This document shows, piece after piece, positions 18,885-31,486 of a stretch of DNA of 64,000 nt. Below the pieces are notes generated by a model that was not told the origin of the DNA, searched no databases, and saw nothing but the letters and a program-made list of their open reading frames with translations. Position 1 is the first letter of the stretch. Each line of letters starts with the position of its first letter. The stretch lies in NCBI RefSeq assembly GCF_009914755.1, contig NC_060925.1. The stretch is one strand, 5' to 3'. Both the position numbers and the translations under genes were made by a program. The DNA is from the human T2T-CHM13v2.0 reference genome, Homo sapiens.

Positions 18885-19012
18885 GCCACAGCCCAGAAGC
18901 AGCCCCAGACACAAGTCCCCGTGAATGATGATGGCTGTGTCCAATAAACACTAACCTCCAGAAACAGGTGGCCAGCTGGATTTGGCTTAAAGACCATAAT
19001 TTGCTGATTCCT
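18885..19012. mobile_element. MER58-like hAT MITE half
   Basis: GGCTGTGTCCAATAAA...ACAGGTGGCCAGCTGGATTTGGC...TTTGCTGATTCCTG. Confidence 0.6.
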
Positions 19013-20266
19013 GATATAAACTATTTGAAGGACACACTTAAATTTATTTATACACACATACATTCATAAATTCATGCCCAACCATAGAGAATACACATAA
19101 ATTTCAAACATATTTGAGACATCCAAAAAACTGATCATTTGTTTTTGCTAAAATGAAAATCTCAGCAAATTAGCCTTAATAGGGGCCTTATCTTTTGCAC
19201 CTGCTCATCAGGTTGAACCCTGTGAGCCCTTCCCCTGTGTCATGTCTGGAACAAACACTCTCCATAAACCCACCCTACTCCATCACACATCCAACCTCTC
19301 AGCCACTGCTGATCCCCCAGGAGAGCTCACAACAGGCTGGTCGTGAACAGGAATTTGGCTGGTTGATATCTTCATCTCCTCCATCGTTTTGGGGAGCTCC
19401 CCTCTCCCCAGTCTGAGGTAGAAGCAACATACTCCTGGGTCTCTAGAAGATCTCAAGTTGCTGGGGGAAGAGAACAGAAAGCAATTTGTTCTTTTTGCTG
19501 TATTTTATCCATTCATTTATGCTGTGAGTGCTGACTCTGTTCTGAGTGTGCAGGTGTCAGGGTGGCAGGGAGATGGATTGAAAGTGGACCGTGCTTTGAG
19601 CAATGCTCCGGCCCCAGGAGAGAACTCCAATGAGCCACTGGGTGGTGAGAGAGTGGAGTCGGACAGCGCCCGGAAGCCCCCAGGTCCCCAGGCAGTTCAG
19701 TGGCACTTTCTCTGTGAAGCCTTCTCCAGGCAGAGACATCATCCCCATGTCCCTGCATGTCTCAGTGACAGCCCTGGCCACACATATGCTATGTTTGCTG
19801 CCACCCAGCCATGTCTTATATTGTGCCCCCAGCCTCCAGTGCAGAGAACTCCATAAACATTGGCCAAACTAGCAAGTGAGGCAGGTGTCTTCAGAAAGGT
19901 TCAGATAAAGTGTGTGAGAATTTGGAAGAGGAGAAATCACTTTTCAGGTGGGGGAACCAGGGGAAGCTTTGTAGGGGCGTCCTTTCAATAGGCCATAGAG
20001 CACTTCCAGGAGCCACGGTGAGAGGGACAGGGCAGAGGGAGCCACGGGAATGTTCCGAGACAGCCAGCTGTTCTGTTTGGGGTCCTTCTGGGTGGTGCTG
20101 GCCAGCTGCATCTCTGGACTCGTGCAGCAGTTGGGGGAGCGGGACAGAGAGACAGAGAGAGAGTTCTGCAGCATTCACAAGAGGTTATTAGGACTCAGTT
20201 CTGCTGTGAGCCATCCACACTGGAGGATGAGAACACCCAGCTGCAGCCCAGAGCCTGTGGTCCCAC

Positions 20267-20745
20267 TGTTAGGTTTTGAAGGGAAGGCAAGGGTTAAAGA
20301 AAGACACAGAGAGAGTCGGTGGCTCTATGGCAACACAGGTTTTACGTCCAGCACAAGACCTGAGGAGGTGGGGGACAAGCTTAATGCCAGAGCCCCCTGC
20401 CGCTTACAGGCTGGGGTAATTTATAGGTCTAGGTGGGGGTCTGGGCAGTATGGCTAGCTCGCCGGGAGGATATTGATAAGATGTTCCTGTGATCAGGCGG
20501 TTTGGACCTTTTTCCAGCGGGATGTGATAGGCTGTTTCTTGGACCTTTGCCCCGCAGGATATGATGGGGATGTTCCTTCAGTTGCGCCTTTGCCCAGCAG
20601 GGTATGATAAGGATGCTCTTGTGCCTTGCGGTCAGGTGGTTAGGCAGGATGTTTCTCACGGCCTGAATCCACATGGAATGTTTCACTCTGACCAGGGTCC
20701 GCAAAATGGCAGGGGGCTTACAAAATGGTGCAGTTTGGACTAACA
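20267..20745 (-). mobile_element. Solo LTR, ERVL class (LTR32-like, tentative)
   Basis: TGTTAG...CTAACA termini, 5-bp TSD CCCAC (20262-20266 and 20746-20750), 479 bp, CTATAAAT on the minus strand at about 20419-20426. Confidence 0.8.
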
Positions 20746-21352
20746 CCCACCATCCTGTCGAATGGGTTTGCTGGGAGGATTTACTGTCAATTCTGTTAGC
20801 CTGATAAGGGAGGTTGCTTTCTCGGAGGCCGCATACACAGACAGTGCTGGGAAGTGACCCATGCGTACCCTGAGAAATGTATCTGTTCAACCAAATTTCA
20901 AGTTGGCAATGATCATTCTTCGTCTCGCCCAATTTCAAGAGGAGGCTGGGCCCTGTAGGTTAAAACTGGAAAGCTGGAGAAAGCAGTGGAGGTCACTCCA
21001 GGAAGACTCCCTGGCCAAAGAGGACTGTAGGATTCTGACTTACAGTCAGGGCTGTTTCCGTTACAGTTGGCCCCAGTCAGAGACCCAGGATGAAACTCTG
21101 GCCCTGAGCGCGGAGAATAGGTTTTCTGTTTCCCAAGCTTCCACACGGTGGCGCCACCGAGCACCCACCTCGCCAAAGTTGCGAGGCGGTTCCACGTGGC
21201 TGGGCCGTCCTTGCCGGTTCTCGCCCTTATTTAGGTTGTGTGTCCCACTTCGGGCAGCAGTCTTGCAGCTTTTTAAAAAAGAGATCTTCACCAAAAGCTC
21301 CTGAAGGGCAGAGGGCTTTTCTTATTTAATTTGCATTCTTCTCTCTGCAATG

Positions 21353-21369
21353 CCTACCAGAGGGCGCTG
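21353..21369 (+). promoter_or_regulatory. Candidate CTCF site (forward)
   Basis: CCTACCAGAGGGCGCTG versus core CCASYAGRKGGCRS. Confidence 0.55.
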
Positions 21370-21494
21370 CACAAAATCATGTATTGGGGATGCAATTGTT
21401 AATCGAGTTGGTAGAAACAGGAATAAATTAAAATAATTAAATTTTTAGTAATGGTGGGTTACGTAAATCTTGATGCCTATACACATGGAATCCC

Positions 21495-22335
21495 TGTGAT
21501 GATACGAAATGGACATTTGGTCTTTGTCCCTGTTCCTGACACCAAGCGTCTGAAATCCTTGGAATCTCCCGAATGACAGGGGAGAGGGAGCATCTTTTGT
21601 TATTCATAACAACCCCCTTCCTGCCATACTGAGTGTGTGCTAATGAGGTGACTCTTGGTGGACCCCTAAATAGCTTCAGGATGGGGCTGGTTGCCAGAGG
21701 AAGCAACCATGTGATTACAGGGCTGGAGCTTTCAGCCCCAGGCTGGGCCTCCAGGGAGCGGCTGGGGAAGGACTTCAATCACCAGTGGCCAATTATTTAA
21801 TCAACCATGCCTAAATGAAGTGACTGCCATAGAAACCCCAAACGATGGGGCTCAGAGAGCTGTCGGGCTGCTGAGTGGGTGGGGTGCCAGAAGGGTGGGC
21901 GCCTGGGGTGGGCCTTGAAGCTCCGTGCTGCCCCTCATACATGGCCCTGCGTGTCTCTTCCACGTGGCTTTTCCTGAGTTGCATTCTTTGTAGTAAACCA
22001 GTAATCATGAGTAAAGTGCCTCCCTGAGTCCCGTGAACTCTTGTAGCAGATTATCTAACCTGAGGAGGGGATTTGTAGGAACCTCCAATTTTAGCCAGTT
22101 AGTCAGAAGTATGGGCGGTCAGGTGCTGCGACTGGCATCTGAAGTGGGGGCAGTGTTGTGGGGCTGAGCCTTCACCTTGTGGGGTCTGTGCTAACTCTGG
22201 GTAGTTAGGATCAGAACGGAATTGCATGATACCCCGACAGTGTTCAGACAGTTGGAGAATTGGTTGGTGTGGGGATTTTTAAAAAAGGAAATATAACCCC
22301 CACACATTTGGCATCAGAAGTGTTGTGAGTCAGAA
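21495..22335 (+). mobile_element. MER21-family LTR
   Basis: TGTGAT...GGTCTTTGTCCCTGTTCCTGAC...GCTAATGAGGTGACTC...CACACATTTGGCATCAGAAGTG resembles MER21B/C. Confidence 0.75.
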
Positions 22336-22674
22336 TGGTTCAGGAATTCCATACAATGTAGCTATCTAGAATCAAGCACTCAGAAAATATTTAAGAACTG
22401 GGGAAATGTTTTAAAAATAGTCCTAATTGAAAAAGCAGATGATAAAGCAGCCGGGAAAAGGCAAAGCCGTGCCACAGGGTGGACGTGGAGTGGGGGTGGG
22501 GAGGGGGTTAATGTGACATGATTGCTCCACATGAGACAAGGCCACAGAACTCAGGAAACAAAGCTTGTTTTGAGCAAGAGTCCTGTCAGATTTTGACAGG
22601 AGGCAGAGCAGAGAGAAGATATCTTTACATAGGTGAAGCTAACAGTTCATGATAAAGTGTTCTCAGCCTTCACA

Positions 22675-23425
22675 TTCACAGTCAACAGATTTTCAACAAG
22701 CCCGCCAAGCCAATTCAATGGAGAAAGAATAGTCTTTCCAACAAATGATGCTGGGACAAGTGGACAGCCACATGCAAAATAATGAAGCTGGACCCCTTCC
22801 TTCCTTCATACGCACAAATTAACTCAGAATAGGTCACAGCCCTACACATAAGAGCTAAAACAAACTCTTAGAAGAAAATATAGAAGTAAATCTTCAAGAC
22901 TGAGGTCTTGAATATCTTTGCATATGCTACTGAGGCTTTATGACTTTACTTTCCACAGTTAGACCTACAATCCACTTGGAATTGTCATTTTGTCTGCTTG
23001 TGTGGTCTAGTTTCATGAGCATGAGCATCCAGTTGATCCAGTAAAATGTATTGAGAAGCTTGTGCTCAGCAGTGCCACTTTTGTCACAGAATAAATATAC
23101 CATACGTGTGTGTCTTTTTCTCAGGCCTCTATTTAGTTCTGTTGATCTATGTGACTGTCATTGAACCAGCCCGGCAGTATCTGTTACCAGAGCTATTGTG
23201 ATAAATCTTAACATCTAGTACTGTAGATCCTCCCATCTTTTTCATAATTGTCTTGGGTATTATTGGCCTTTCCATATGTTTTTTAGAGTTAACTTGTCAA
23301 TTTCTACAAAAATTCCAGCAAGGACTTTGGGATTGGGATTGCACTGAATCTACAGGTTGTGTTTGGGAGAACTGACAGCTTTACAATAGCAGAGTGTTCC
23401 AGTCCATGAACGTGGTATATCCCTT
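22675..23425. mobile_element. Old L1M ORF2 fragments (+ at about 22675-22900, - at about 22920-23425)
   Basis: ATTCAATGGAGAAAGAATAGTCTTTCCAACAAATGATGCTGGG (+); GGGATTGCACTGAATCTACAG...TTTGGGAGAACTGACAGC (-). Confidence 0.65.
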
Positions 23426-23674
23426 ACTAAAAACCTTTCAGTTGTTTCCCATCCTGCTTAAAGTTCAAATTTTGCGAAGTCCTCATTGGCTTGTCCTCTG
23501 CCTGCCGCTCAGACCTCATTTCCTGTCTCTCTGAACTCCATTTACACCACTCCAGCCCTTCTTTCTGCCCCTCCGTCAGCCCAGGCTGGCTCCTACCTGA
23601 GCACTTCTGTTCCAGCTCTTTCCTCTAACCATCGAGCCCTTCTCCTGCTCTCCCCAAGGTTGGATCCCCTGTTA

Positions 23675-24049
<375 letters not shown>

Positions 24050-24274
24050 TCAATATTTAATCAGTATAACCTGATTCATTGTATTGAGTACTATACTACA
24101 TTTCTTTAATTTTTAAGATAATTGCTTTATCCTCTCCACCCCAACTCCACTGCCCTCTTAGCTAGCAATTGAATATTATCCTTCTTGAGGTCTTTCCAAT
24201 CCTTGAGTTGTCTAAAACCCTGGGTGGGAGCGGGCTTGGGGTCAGGGGTGCTTAAGGGTCAATTGTGGGTAAAC

Positions 24275-24760
24275 TTCTGAAGACTAAATTATGATTTTTT
24301 TTATCTTGCCCAAATTCCTATCTAAAGAATCTGAGGAGTCAACCCCTACAAACCATAAATTCTCATCAGATGGGTTTGATTTAACCCTATATATCATGAC
24401 TTACTTTCCATGCTGACTCTGGTATAACATTACAAGGCAAGGAGGAAAATCAAAATATTTTACCCCAAAAACATGTTTCTTTGTCACAAGTTGAAATGGC
24501 CCTGCAAGCTTTGTCCTTTTAGGGGAAAATTCACATCTGTGAAAAATCTCTATTAACATAGCTAGACCTTTTTCTTCCAGGCCCCTCCAATTCTGAATAG
24601 ATTAGCTAAGAGTCTAGCACCTTTTGAAGGGTCTGAATACCAAACATTTTGCCAACTCTTCTTTCTAAGGGCAACCGCTATGAGACTTCAAAAGAACATT
24701 GGTCTCCACAATCTTTTATCTTAACCTGAACATTTTCTTTCGATTTATCCCAGGTCCTTC
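24275..24760 (+). mobile_element. MER4-group ERV1 LTR fragment
   Basis: TTATCTTGCCCAAATTCCTATCTAA...ACCATAAATTCTCATCAGATGGG...TTTTACCCCAAAA...GAAATGGCCCTGCAA motifs. Confidence 0.75.
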
Positions 24761-25261
24761 CTCTCCATTAGCCTGCCCAGCATACCTGGAGCCCCTGCAG
24801 ATGGCAAGCTATGGGATGTAAAAGCTAGAAAGCACATCCTCTTCCCTAAAGGCAAGCACTTGCTAATCACAGGTCTTACCTGAGGGAAGGGAATGAGAAG
24901 TCTTGTCTTTGAATGAAGATTGAAGTGTCTTGAACAGCACAAAGGATACAACTGGAATGGCTGTGAGAGGCCACTCATGAGAGGCAAAGCAGGTGGGAGT
25001 TGGAAGTGGTGGGCCAGGACTTTGGGCAATTTATCTTAGCAATCACTTGACTCCAATGACACCAGGCATGGAAAAGCCAATGCTGAATAGAATAACACTG
25101 GAAAATGAGAGTGAGTGGTTCACTGTGGCCCCAATCCAAAAGAAATAGTTTAATAGGGGAATTTCAGTAACAAGCTGGAGGTGAGATACTTCGAGGTATA
25201 GGACTTTTTCTTGTCCCTCAAATCCCCGTTTTTGACCAAATAATGCATATATGTGCCACTT

Positions 25262-25734
25262 TGGGTTAGTTTGGATCCTCCAAGAAGAGGCCAAGACAAG
25301 ATTAGGCATGCAAAAATGTTATTAGAGGAAACACCTGTGAAGGATGACTGGGGAGGAAGAAGATAGCAAGAGAAGGAAGGGAAAGCCTTCAGACTTCAAT
25401 GCAAGCCTGAAACCTGAGAAGGGACCCGGGAGGAAGGAGAATTGGGTAAGAAGAGTCTCAGACTACAGCATAGTTCCAAGAAAGGGTTAGCCATGCGTGT
25501 TGGGAGTCCCCAAGCCAGTCATCCATGGAGGACCCCCACGTCTTTCAGTAACAGGCCCACTTGGTATTCCTGCCATGCTCAGTCATTGCCTGAGAGAAGC
25601 CCCACAGGAAGTGTGGCCCAAGTACAAAAGTTTTGGTGGATCCCAGCAGCAGGGGCAGCCGCTGGGATTGTCAATCCACTATGCCACCTCTAGCAGGAGA
25701 GCCCTGTAACAGGCATATTTTTATAACCTCTGTA
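25262..25734 (-). mobile_element. LTR16-type (ERVL) 3' LTR
   Basis: GGATCCTCCAAGAAG..GCCAAGACAAGATTAG..TGCAA..TTATT..GGAAACACCTGTGAAGGA resembles reverse LTR16; PPT-like GAAGTGGAC directly precedes it on the minus strand. Confidence 0.7.
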
Positions 25735-28700
25735 GTCCACTTCTTGTCCATCACAGATCTGCTTTTCCACATTGGCTAGAGAAGAGCTCCTCCATGGTTA
25801 CCATGGGCCTCTTTCCCCAAAGCATAACTCAGAAGACAGAGACTAGGGAGTGAATTACCGCCCATCATTGTAGCTGGTCTCTGGGATACAGCTGGTACTC
25901 CTCTCCTTCCTCTTCTATGCACTCTAAATTCCCCTCACCCTTCACTATCACCTTGGCAGATCTTAATGATGTTCCTAATGGTATAACCCAAACCTTTATT
26001 TCTGAAGATGCTGAGTCCTTGACCATCATCTCATTCTCAGACCAGAGTTTCTGCACTTATCTATTCACAGTTACAATGGGGCAAGGGAGTAACAGGAAGT
26101 GGCCAAGTGAATCACTTGGGTTCTACACATATTCCTCCCTGCCTCCATTGTGTAACAGCAGCCCTATCTCCTGTGGATCAACATCAATTATTCCTGCCCC
26201 AAGATTGACTCATCTTCTGCCCTGTTGGTCCCCTTTCCCCAGTTGGTCCCCTGTTGACCTCCTCTACCCTGTTGGTGCCCTGGTAGCAGCTGTAGCTTGT
26301 AGTTCAATGCAGCCTTGTTGTGTCCCCTGGCAAGAATGTGCCTCCTCTGGGGACAAAGATCTTCAACCTTTCAGAACCAAGAGTTGTGGGGATAAAAACT
26401 ACAAACTCCCCAGGTGGGTCCCTGAAGTGATTGTAAGTGGGGCCAACCATGAGTCTTCAGGAAGGAAAGGAAATAGTTAATGTATCTACTGCTTCCTGAA
26501 GGATAGAACCTCAGCCTTGCAAAGTGTTGCCTCTGAGCAGGTGCTTCAGCTGTGCCTTTTGAGGTGGTTCCAGGGCTCTGTGAGGCCAGCTGCTTCTGGG
26601 GGATGTGGTGTGTGATACCACCATGATCTGGATCCATCCCACACCCACTTCCCTATAAAACTGAGTCCCCTGGGTGCATTCCATGCCTGTGGATAGGCAT
26701 TCTGTAAGCCCCTAGATAGTGGTGCTGGCCAAGGCTATGCCGACAGGAAGGGAAAATCCACACCTGTGAGAACAAACCATTGGCCGTTTCTGTATAAAAG
26801 GTGCCCAGTGTAGCACATTTGGCTCCAAGTGGCTGGTTGATCTCAGTGAGAAATAGTTCCATAGCTGGAGCTCAGCATTGGTCTCTGCTGCTGACAGGTT
26901 GGATATTCAGAGGCGACAGCTGTTGCAGGAAGTCAGGGACCCCGAATGGAGGGACCAGCTGGAGCCACGGCAGAGGAACATAAATTGTGAAGATTTCGTG
27001 GACACTTACCAGTTCCCAAATAATACTGTCATAATTTCTTACATCTGTCTTACTTTAATCTCTTAATCCTGTTAGCTTCGTAAGCTGAGGATGTATGTCA
27101 CCTCAGGGCCACTATGATAATTGTGTTAACTGTACAAATTAATCATAAAACATGTAAATATTGATTGAACAATATGAAATCAGTGCACCTTGAAAAGAAC
27201 AGAATAACAGCGATTTTAGGGAACAAGGGAAGATAACCGTAAGGTCTGACTGCCTGTGGGATCGGACAAAAAGAGCCATATTTTTCTTCTTGCAGAGAGC
27301 CTATAAACGGACCTGCAAGTAGGGAAGATATCACTAAATTCTATTCCCAGCAAGGAATATTAATAATTAATACCCTGGGGAAGGAATGCATTCCTGGGGG
27401 GAGGTCTATAAACGGCCACTCTGGGAGTGTCTGTCTTATGCAGTTGAGATAAGGACTGAAATAAGCCCTGGTCTCCTGCAGTACCCTCAGGCTTATTAGG
27501 ATGGGGAAAAAACTGCTCCCTGGTAAATTTGAGGTCAGACTGGTCCTCTGCTCTCGAACCCTGTTTTCTATTGTTTGAGATGTCTATCAAGACGATACGT
27601 GCACCACTGAACATAGAACCTTATCAGTAATTTTGCTTTTGCCCTTTGCCTTGTGATCTTTGCTTTTGCCCTTTGCATTGTGATCTTTGTTGGACGCTTA
27701 TCAGTAGTTCTCTTTTGCCTTTTGTCCTGTTTCCTCAGAAGCCTGTGATCTTTGTTCTCCTTTTTGCCCTTTGAAGTGTGTGATCTTGTGACTTACTCCC
27801 TGTTCTTGCACCCCCTCCTCTTTTGAAATCCTTAATAAAACTCGCTGGTTTTGTGGCTCAGGTGGGCATCACAGTCCTACCGATATGTGATGTCACCCCT
27901 GGAGGCCCAGCTGTAAAATTCCTCTCTTGGTACTCTTTCTCTTTATTTCTTAGCTGGCTGACACTTATGGAAAATTGAAAGAACCTATGTTGAAATATTG
28001 GGGGGGTTCCCCTGATAGACAGCAGCTAGGTCAGCCTTGGTAAAGGGAAGTCCATGTTCTTGGATTCACTTGTAACTTCCATGTCTGCCATTATGGCACT
28101 CCATTAGAGCACTCCAGTCATGCGCCCATTGAGCCAGTTCTGGGGTGGCCAATGACAAAAATATCTAATGTCAACTGGCCAAATTGTCTACTTGACTGTT
28201 CAGTGCCTCTCCCTTATGCTTTACGGTGGGTGATAAACTGTAATAAAAAAGATCTTCATGCTCTGTCCCCACCCCCATATGTTCAACTACATGCCTCTAC
28301 CCCAACCTCCCTGTCTCTTATCTTCTGATCCTTTTCCACTCAGCCCTCTGACTACATGGCCAGGTCATTGGCTGCTGCAAAGAATCTGTATATATTCTCA
28401 CCTCAGGCCAGTTCTCCTTCCAAAGTGGATGACAAGGTCCCTTGCTCACATGTGTTCCCATTCCCATGTACCTACATGTGAGCAAGGTAGCTCTGACTGT
28501 CTTCAAAGTCACATTTAAACGTGGCTATAATCCAGCTGCTGTCCACTTCTGGCTTTCACTCATGTACCAAGTTGACCATTCACAGACCAAGCTCAGGCCT
28601 TCTTCTGTTCCTTCAGCCTATCATATGAGAAATCACACATAGCTATAGGCTTGGGTTGGGGAAGAGACATGATGGAACCCTGGCAGATGACATGGTGTTC

Positions 28701-29420
28701 TAGGCTGCATCCCCGTGCAGCTTACTCATGCCCTCCAGCTGTGCTCAGGCTCAACTCCAAAGATGCCATTTCTGTTTTATGATGGCCTGCTGTTGGGCCC
28801 ATTTTATAACTCAGTAGGTCCAACAGAGGCCAGCTCACAGTGGACAGTTTCAGACGCATGATCACTTGATGCCCCAGGATCAAAGCAGGGTCCAATAATA
28901 TGCCAGGGCCTGTTTCCTAAAAAATCATATACTTCCCTGCTGTGGATGGCATGGCCTTGCTCCAGAATCCCAGGGACCTGCATTGTAATTCTCCCAATGG
29001 GGCTTTCCATAAACTCCTTAGTATATTTTTACCACCATCGACCCCTCCAACATCATAGGGTATACCAAATCATATGACCCAACTGGATGGCTCTGTGCGC
29101 TATGATCTGGACCTGCTGCAGAGCCCTTTCCCACTCCTGGCCCCACCAGACCTGGCATCCTTCTATGCTACCCAGTTCATGCACCGAGCAGTATTCCTAG
29201 GTGTGGAACATGTTGCCTCCAGAATGCTGTGAGATCCATGTGCTTCCTTCTTCGTGATAGGGCATGCAAGATGCAGCAATTTGTCTTTTATTCTGGGTGG
29301 GCTATTCCAGGCCACCTCTGACCAGAAACCTCACTGATGTAGTAGAGTCCCTGAATTTTCAAAGTGTACATGCCTTACCAAGATCTCTAGAGTAGCAATC
29401 ACCCCTTGCTCATCCTATCT
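25735..29420 (-). mobile_element. HERV16/ERVL internal pol remnant (partial RT, RNaseH, integrase), 5'-truncated and split by MER11
   Basis: Minus-strand translation near 26560-26630 gives WWYHTPHPPEAAGLTEPWNHLK (ERVL integrase WSYHxPHHPEAAGLIERWN); EVRIYTDS (RNaseH) near 28390-28410; many frameshifts. Confidence 0.8.
26921..28017 (+). mobile_element. MER11 solo LTR (HERV-K11/HML-8 LTR)
   Basis: TGTTGCAGGAAGTCAGGGACCCCGAATGGAGGGACC start, GGGTTCCCCTGATA end, AATAAA at about 27834, 6-bp TSD GACAGC (26915-26920 and 28018-28023). Confidence 0.93.
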
Positions 29421-29605
29421 GATCAACATGATACCACTCTGAGGGAGGTTAATGATAGAGGGAGGACCAAGTCCAGGATCAGCCCACCAGAGCCCTTCTG
29501 GCAGAGCCTCTCATCTTACCTGCATTTTCAGCCACACCAAGGCCCAAGGATTCTTCCTCTCCTGACACCTCTCCCAGCCTCAGACCCAACAAGACCTCCA
29601 CTCAC

Positions 29606-29760
29606 AAAACCCACACAGACTGTAGGGAATTCTCCTTCCTCACCTTTGACAGACCTGACTTATCTAGTGTATCATCTTCTTGGATGTTATTGTGAAATAG
29701 ATCAATCATGGCATCACAGACTTCTCGGCATGGGTATTACTCATCTTTGTTTTCAAAGGG
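29606..29760 (-). pseudogene. S100A7-like pseudogene relic (exon 2 only, two 1-nt deletions); possibly the fragment catalogued as S100A7P2/S100A7e
   Basis: Minus strand TTTTTTTCCAGCAG|CCCTTTGAAAACAAAG-ATG (S100A7: GCTTTTTGAAAGCAAAG-ATG). Reads MSNTHAEKSVM/fs/MIDLFHNNIQEDDTLDKSGLSKVRKEN/fs/... then donor GTGAGT at 29605-29600. ATG-to-donor is 139 nt versus 141 nt in S100A7. Confidence 0.88.
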
Positions 29761-30815
29761 CTGCTGGAAAAAAATAATAAGTGGTGTGTTTTGTCAGAAG
29801 GTCTGTGACAAAACAGACCTTGTGTATGGGTCTGTCAGGGAAGAAGGAAGCTGATGGATGATAAGATGTGTTGGAAAGGCTCTAAGGGAAGGAGGGTGTA
29901 ATACGTGTGAGGGCTGTGCTAAAATAGAACTAGATTGTGATGCACAGAGACGGGAGAGAACTGAGCTTCCATGTGTGGTACAGGAGCCTGCCTGGCCCTG
30001 GGGGTCTGCTGGTTATCGGAAGATCCTGTGATGAACAACAAAGGAGCACCACATTTGTTGCAAGACTCCCCAGCCAAACACTGCATGTCTTCTCTGCCTC
30101 AACTCCAAGACTTAGCAGCAAACTCTTCCCAACAGCCTGGAGGGTCAGGGCTGGAGTCTGATGTCTTTGGCAGGACAACCATCCTAAAGAATATAACTGA
30201 TTCACTCTGGACAGGCCCCCTCAGAGTACTGGACCTTCTCTCCTACACACATATGCATATGCACACATACACAGACACACACACACGTGCACACAAAACA
30301 GCATGATGGCTCATGCTGTCCATAGATCACACTCTGGTGCGGCCTCCACTTTAACAAAACCAGCACTTACTGACCACCTCTTGCTGATGAGTGTAAGTGT
30401 AAACAGGAATAAATATCCCAGGAACATAAAAAATATATATATATTGTAAGCAGTAAGCAAGTAAGCAGAGGTTGTAGCCCCCAGTTACTTCCAGGCTATA
30501 AATCAGAAGAAATGCATGCCAAACTTGATCTGATGGAGGGGTCAGAAGGTCCTCAGATTAGCCACTGTTGTGAGTTGTCTACTCCTGCTCCCTCTCAATC
30601 AACCAAATCAAAGACCTTAACTTTAAAAAAAAAAAAAAAGATTGGGTCTAGGATATGCAACTGACCAGAGAAGGAAGGACACTGGGGCACAGAGAATGAC
30701 TCATCCCAAGGTCACATAGTCTAGTTGGTGGCCGAGCTGGTGAACTGGATCAGGCTGATAACTGTTAAAGGCAGTTTCTCCTGCTCTTCAGGAATAGCAC
30801 ATGGGCTGTATACTT

Positions 30816-30969
30816 GTGTGCACCACCACGCTCAGCTATTTTTAAAATACTTTGTAGAGATGGGGTCTTGCTATGTTACTCAGGCTGGCCTCAAACTCCT
30901 GCCCTCAAGTGATCCTTTCGCATTGGCCTCCCAAGCCCTGGGATTACAGGTGTGAGCCACCACACCTGG
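30816..30969 (-). mobile_element. Partial AluJ (left arm plus linker), an apparent inverted copy of the Alu at 32109
   Basis: Shares private variants with 32111-32263 (see findings). Confidence 0.85.
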
Positions 30970-31486
30970 AATCACAGAGGCTGACCTGAACCCTGTAATG
31001 ATTCATTGAAGAGAAGGACATGTTGGTAAGGAAGAGGTGCTTCTCTGGGACCAAGAACTGGCCCAGCACCAGTGTTCCACCAACCTCCAGGCCCGGTGCC
31101 CACGCTCAGCTACTTCCAGCATGGCCCCAGAGCTCATTAATGCACCAGAACCCTGTGCCTTCTGAGCCTTCTGATCCGCCCCAATCCCCAAGGCTGAGGC
31201 AGCGTAACAGGATATATTGGGTTGGAACAATGAAGAGAAGTTTGCTGAGCCCCACAAAAACTCCACTGTGCATCCGGGGATGGAAATATGGTCTCCACTG
31301 GTTCCCTTTCCGGTAATTCAAAAATAATAGCTATTAACAACTACCAATCGTTCAACACTCTGTGCCAGGCAAATACAATGTGTGATTTACACATATCCCT
31401 TTATTTAATCTGCAGGAAAATCATGTTAGGTAAATACATCGTTCCATCATACAGGTAAAGAAACTGAGACTTAGAATGTTTACATT

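Noticed and set aside
24760-25260. Searched for the relic's exon 3 beyond the ERV
   Set aside because: Only a weak TTCTTGTCC match; no EF-hand coding pattern.
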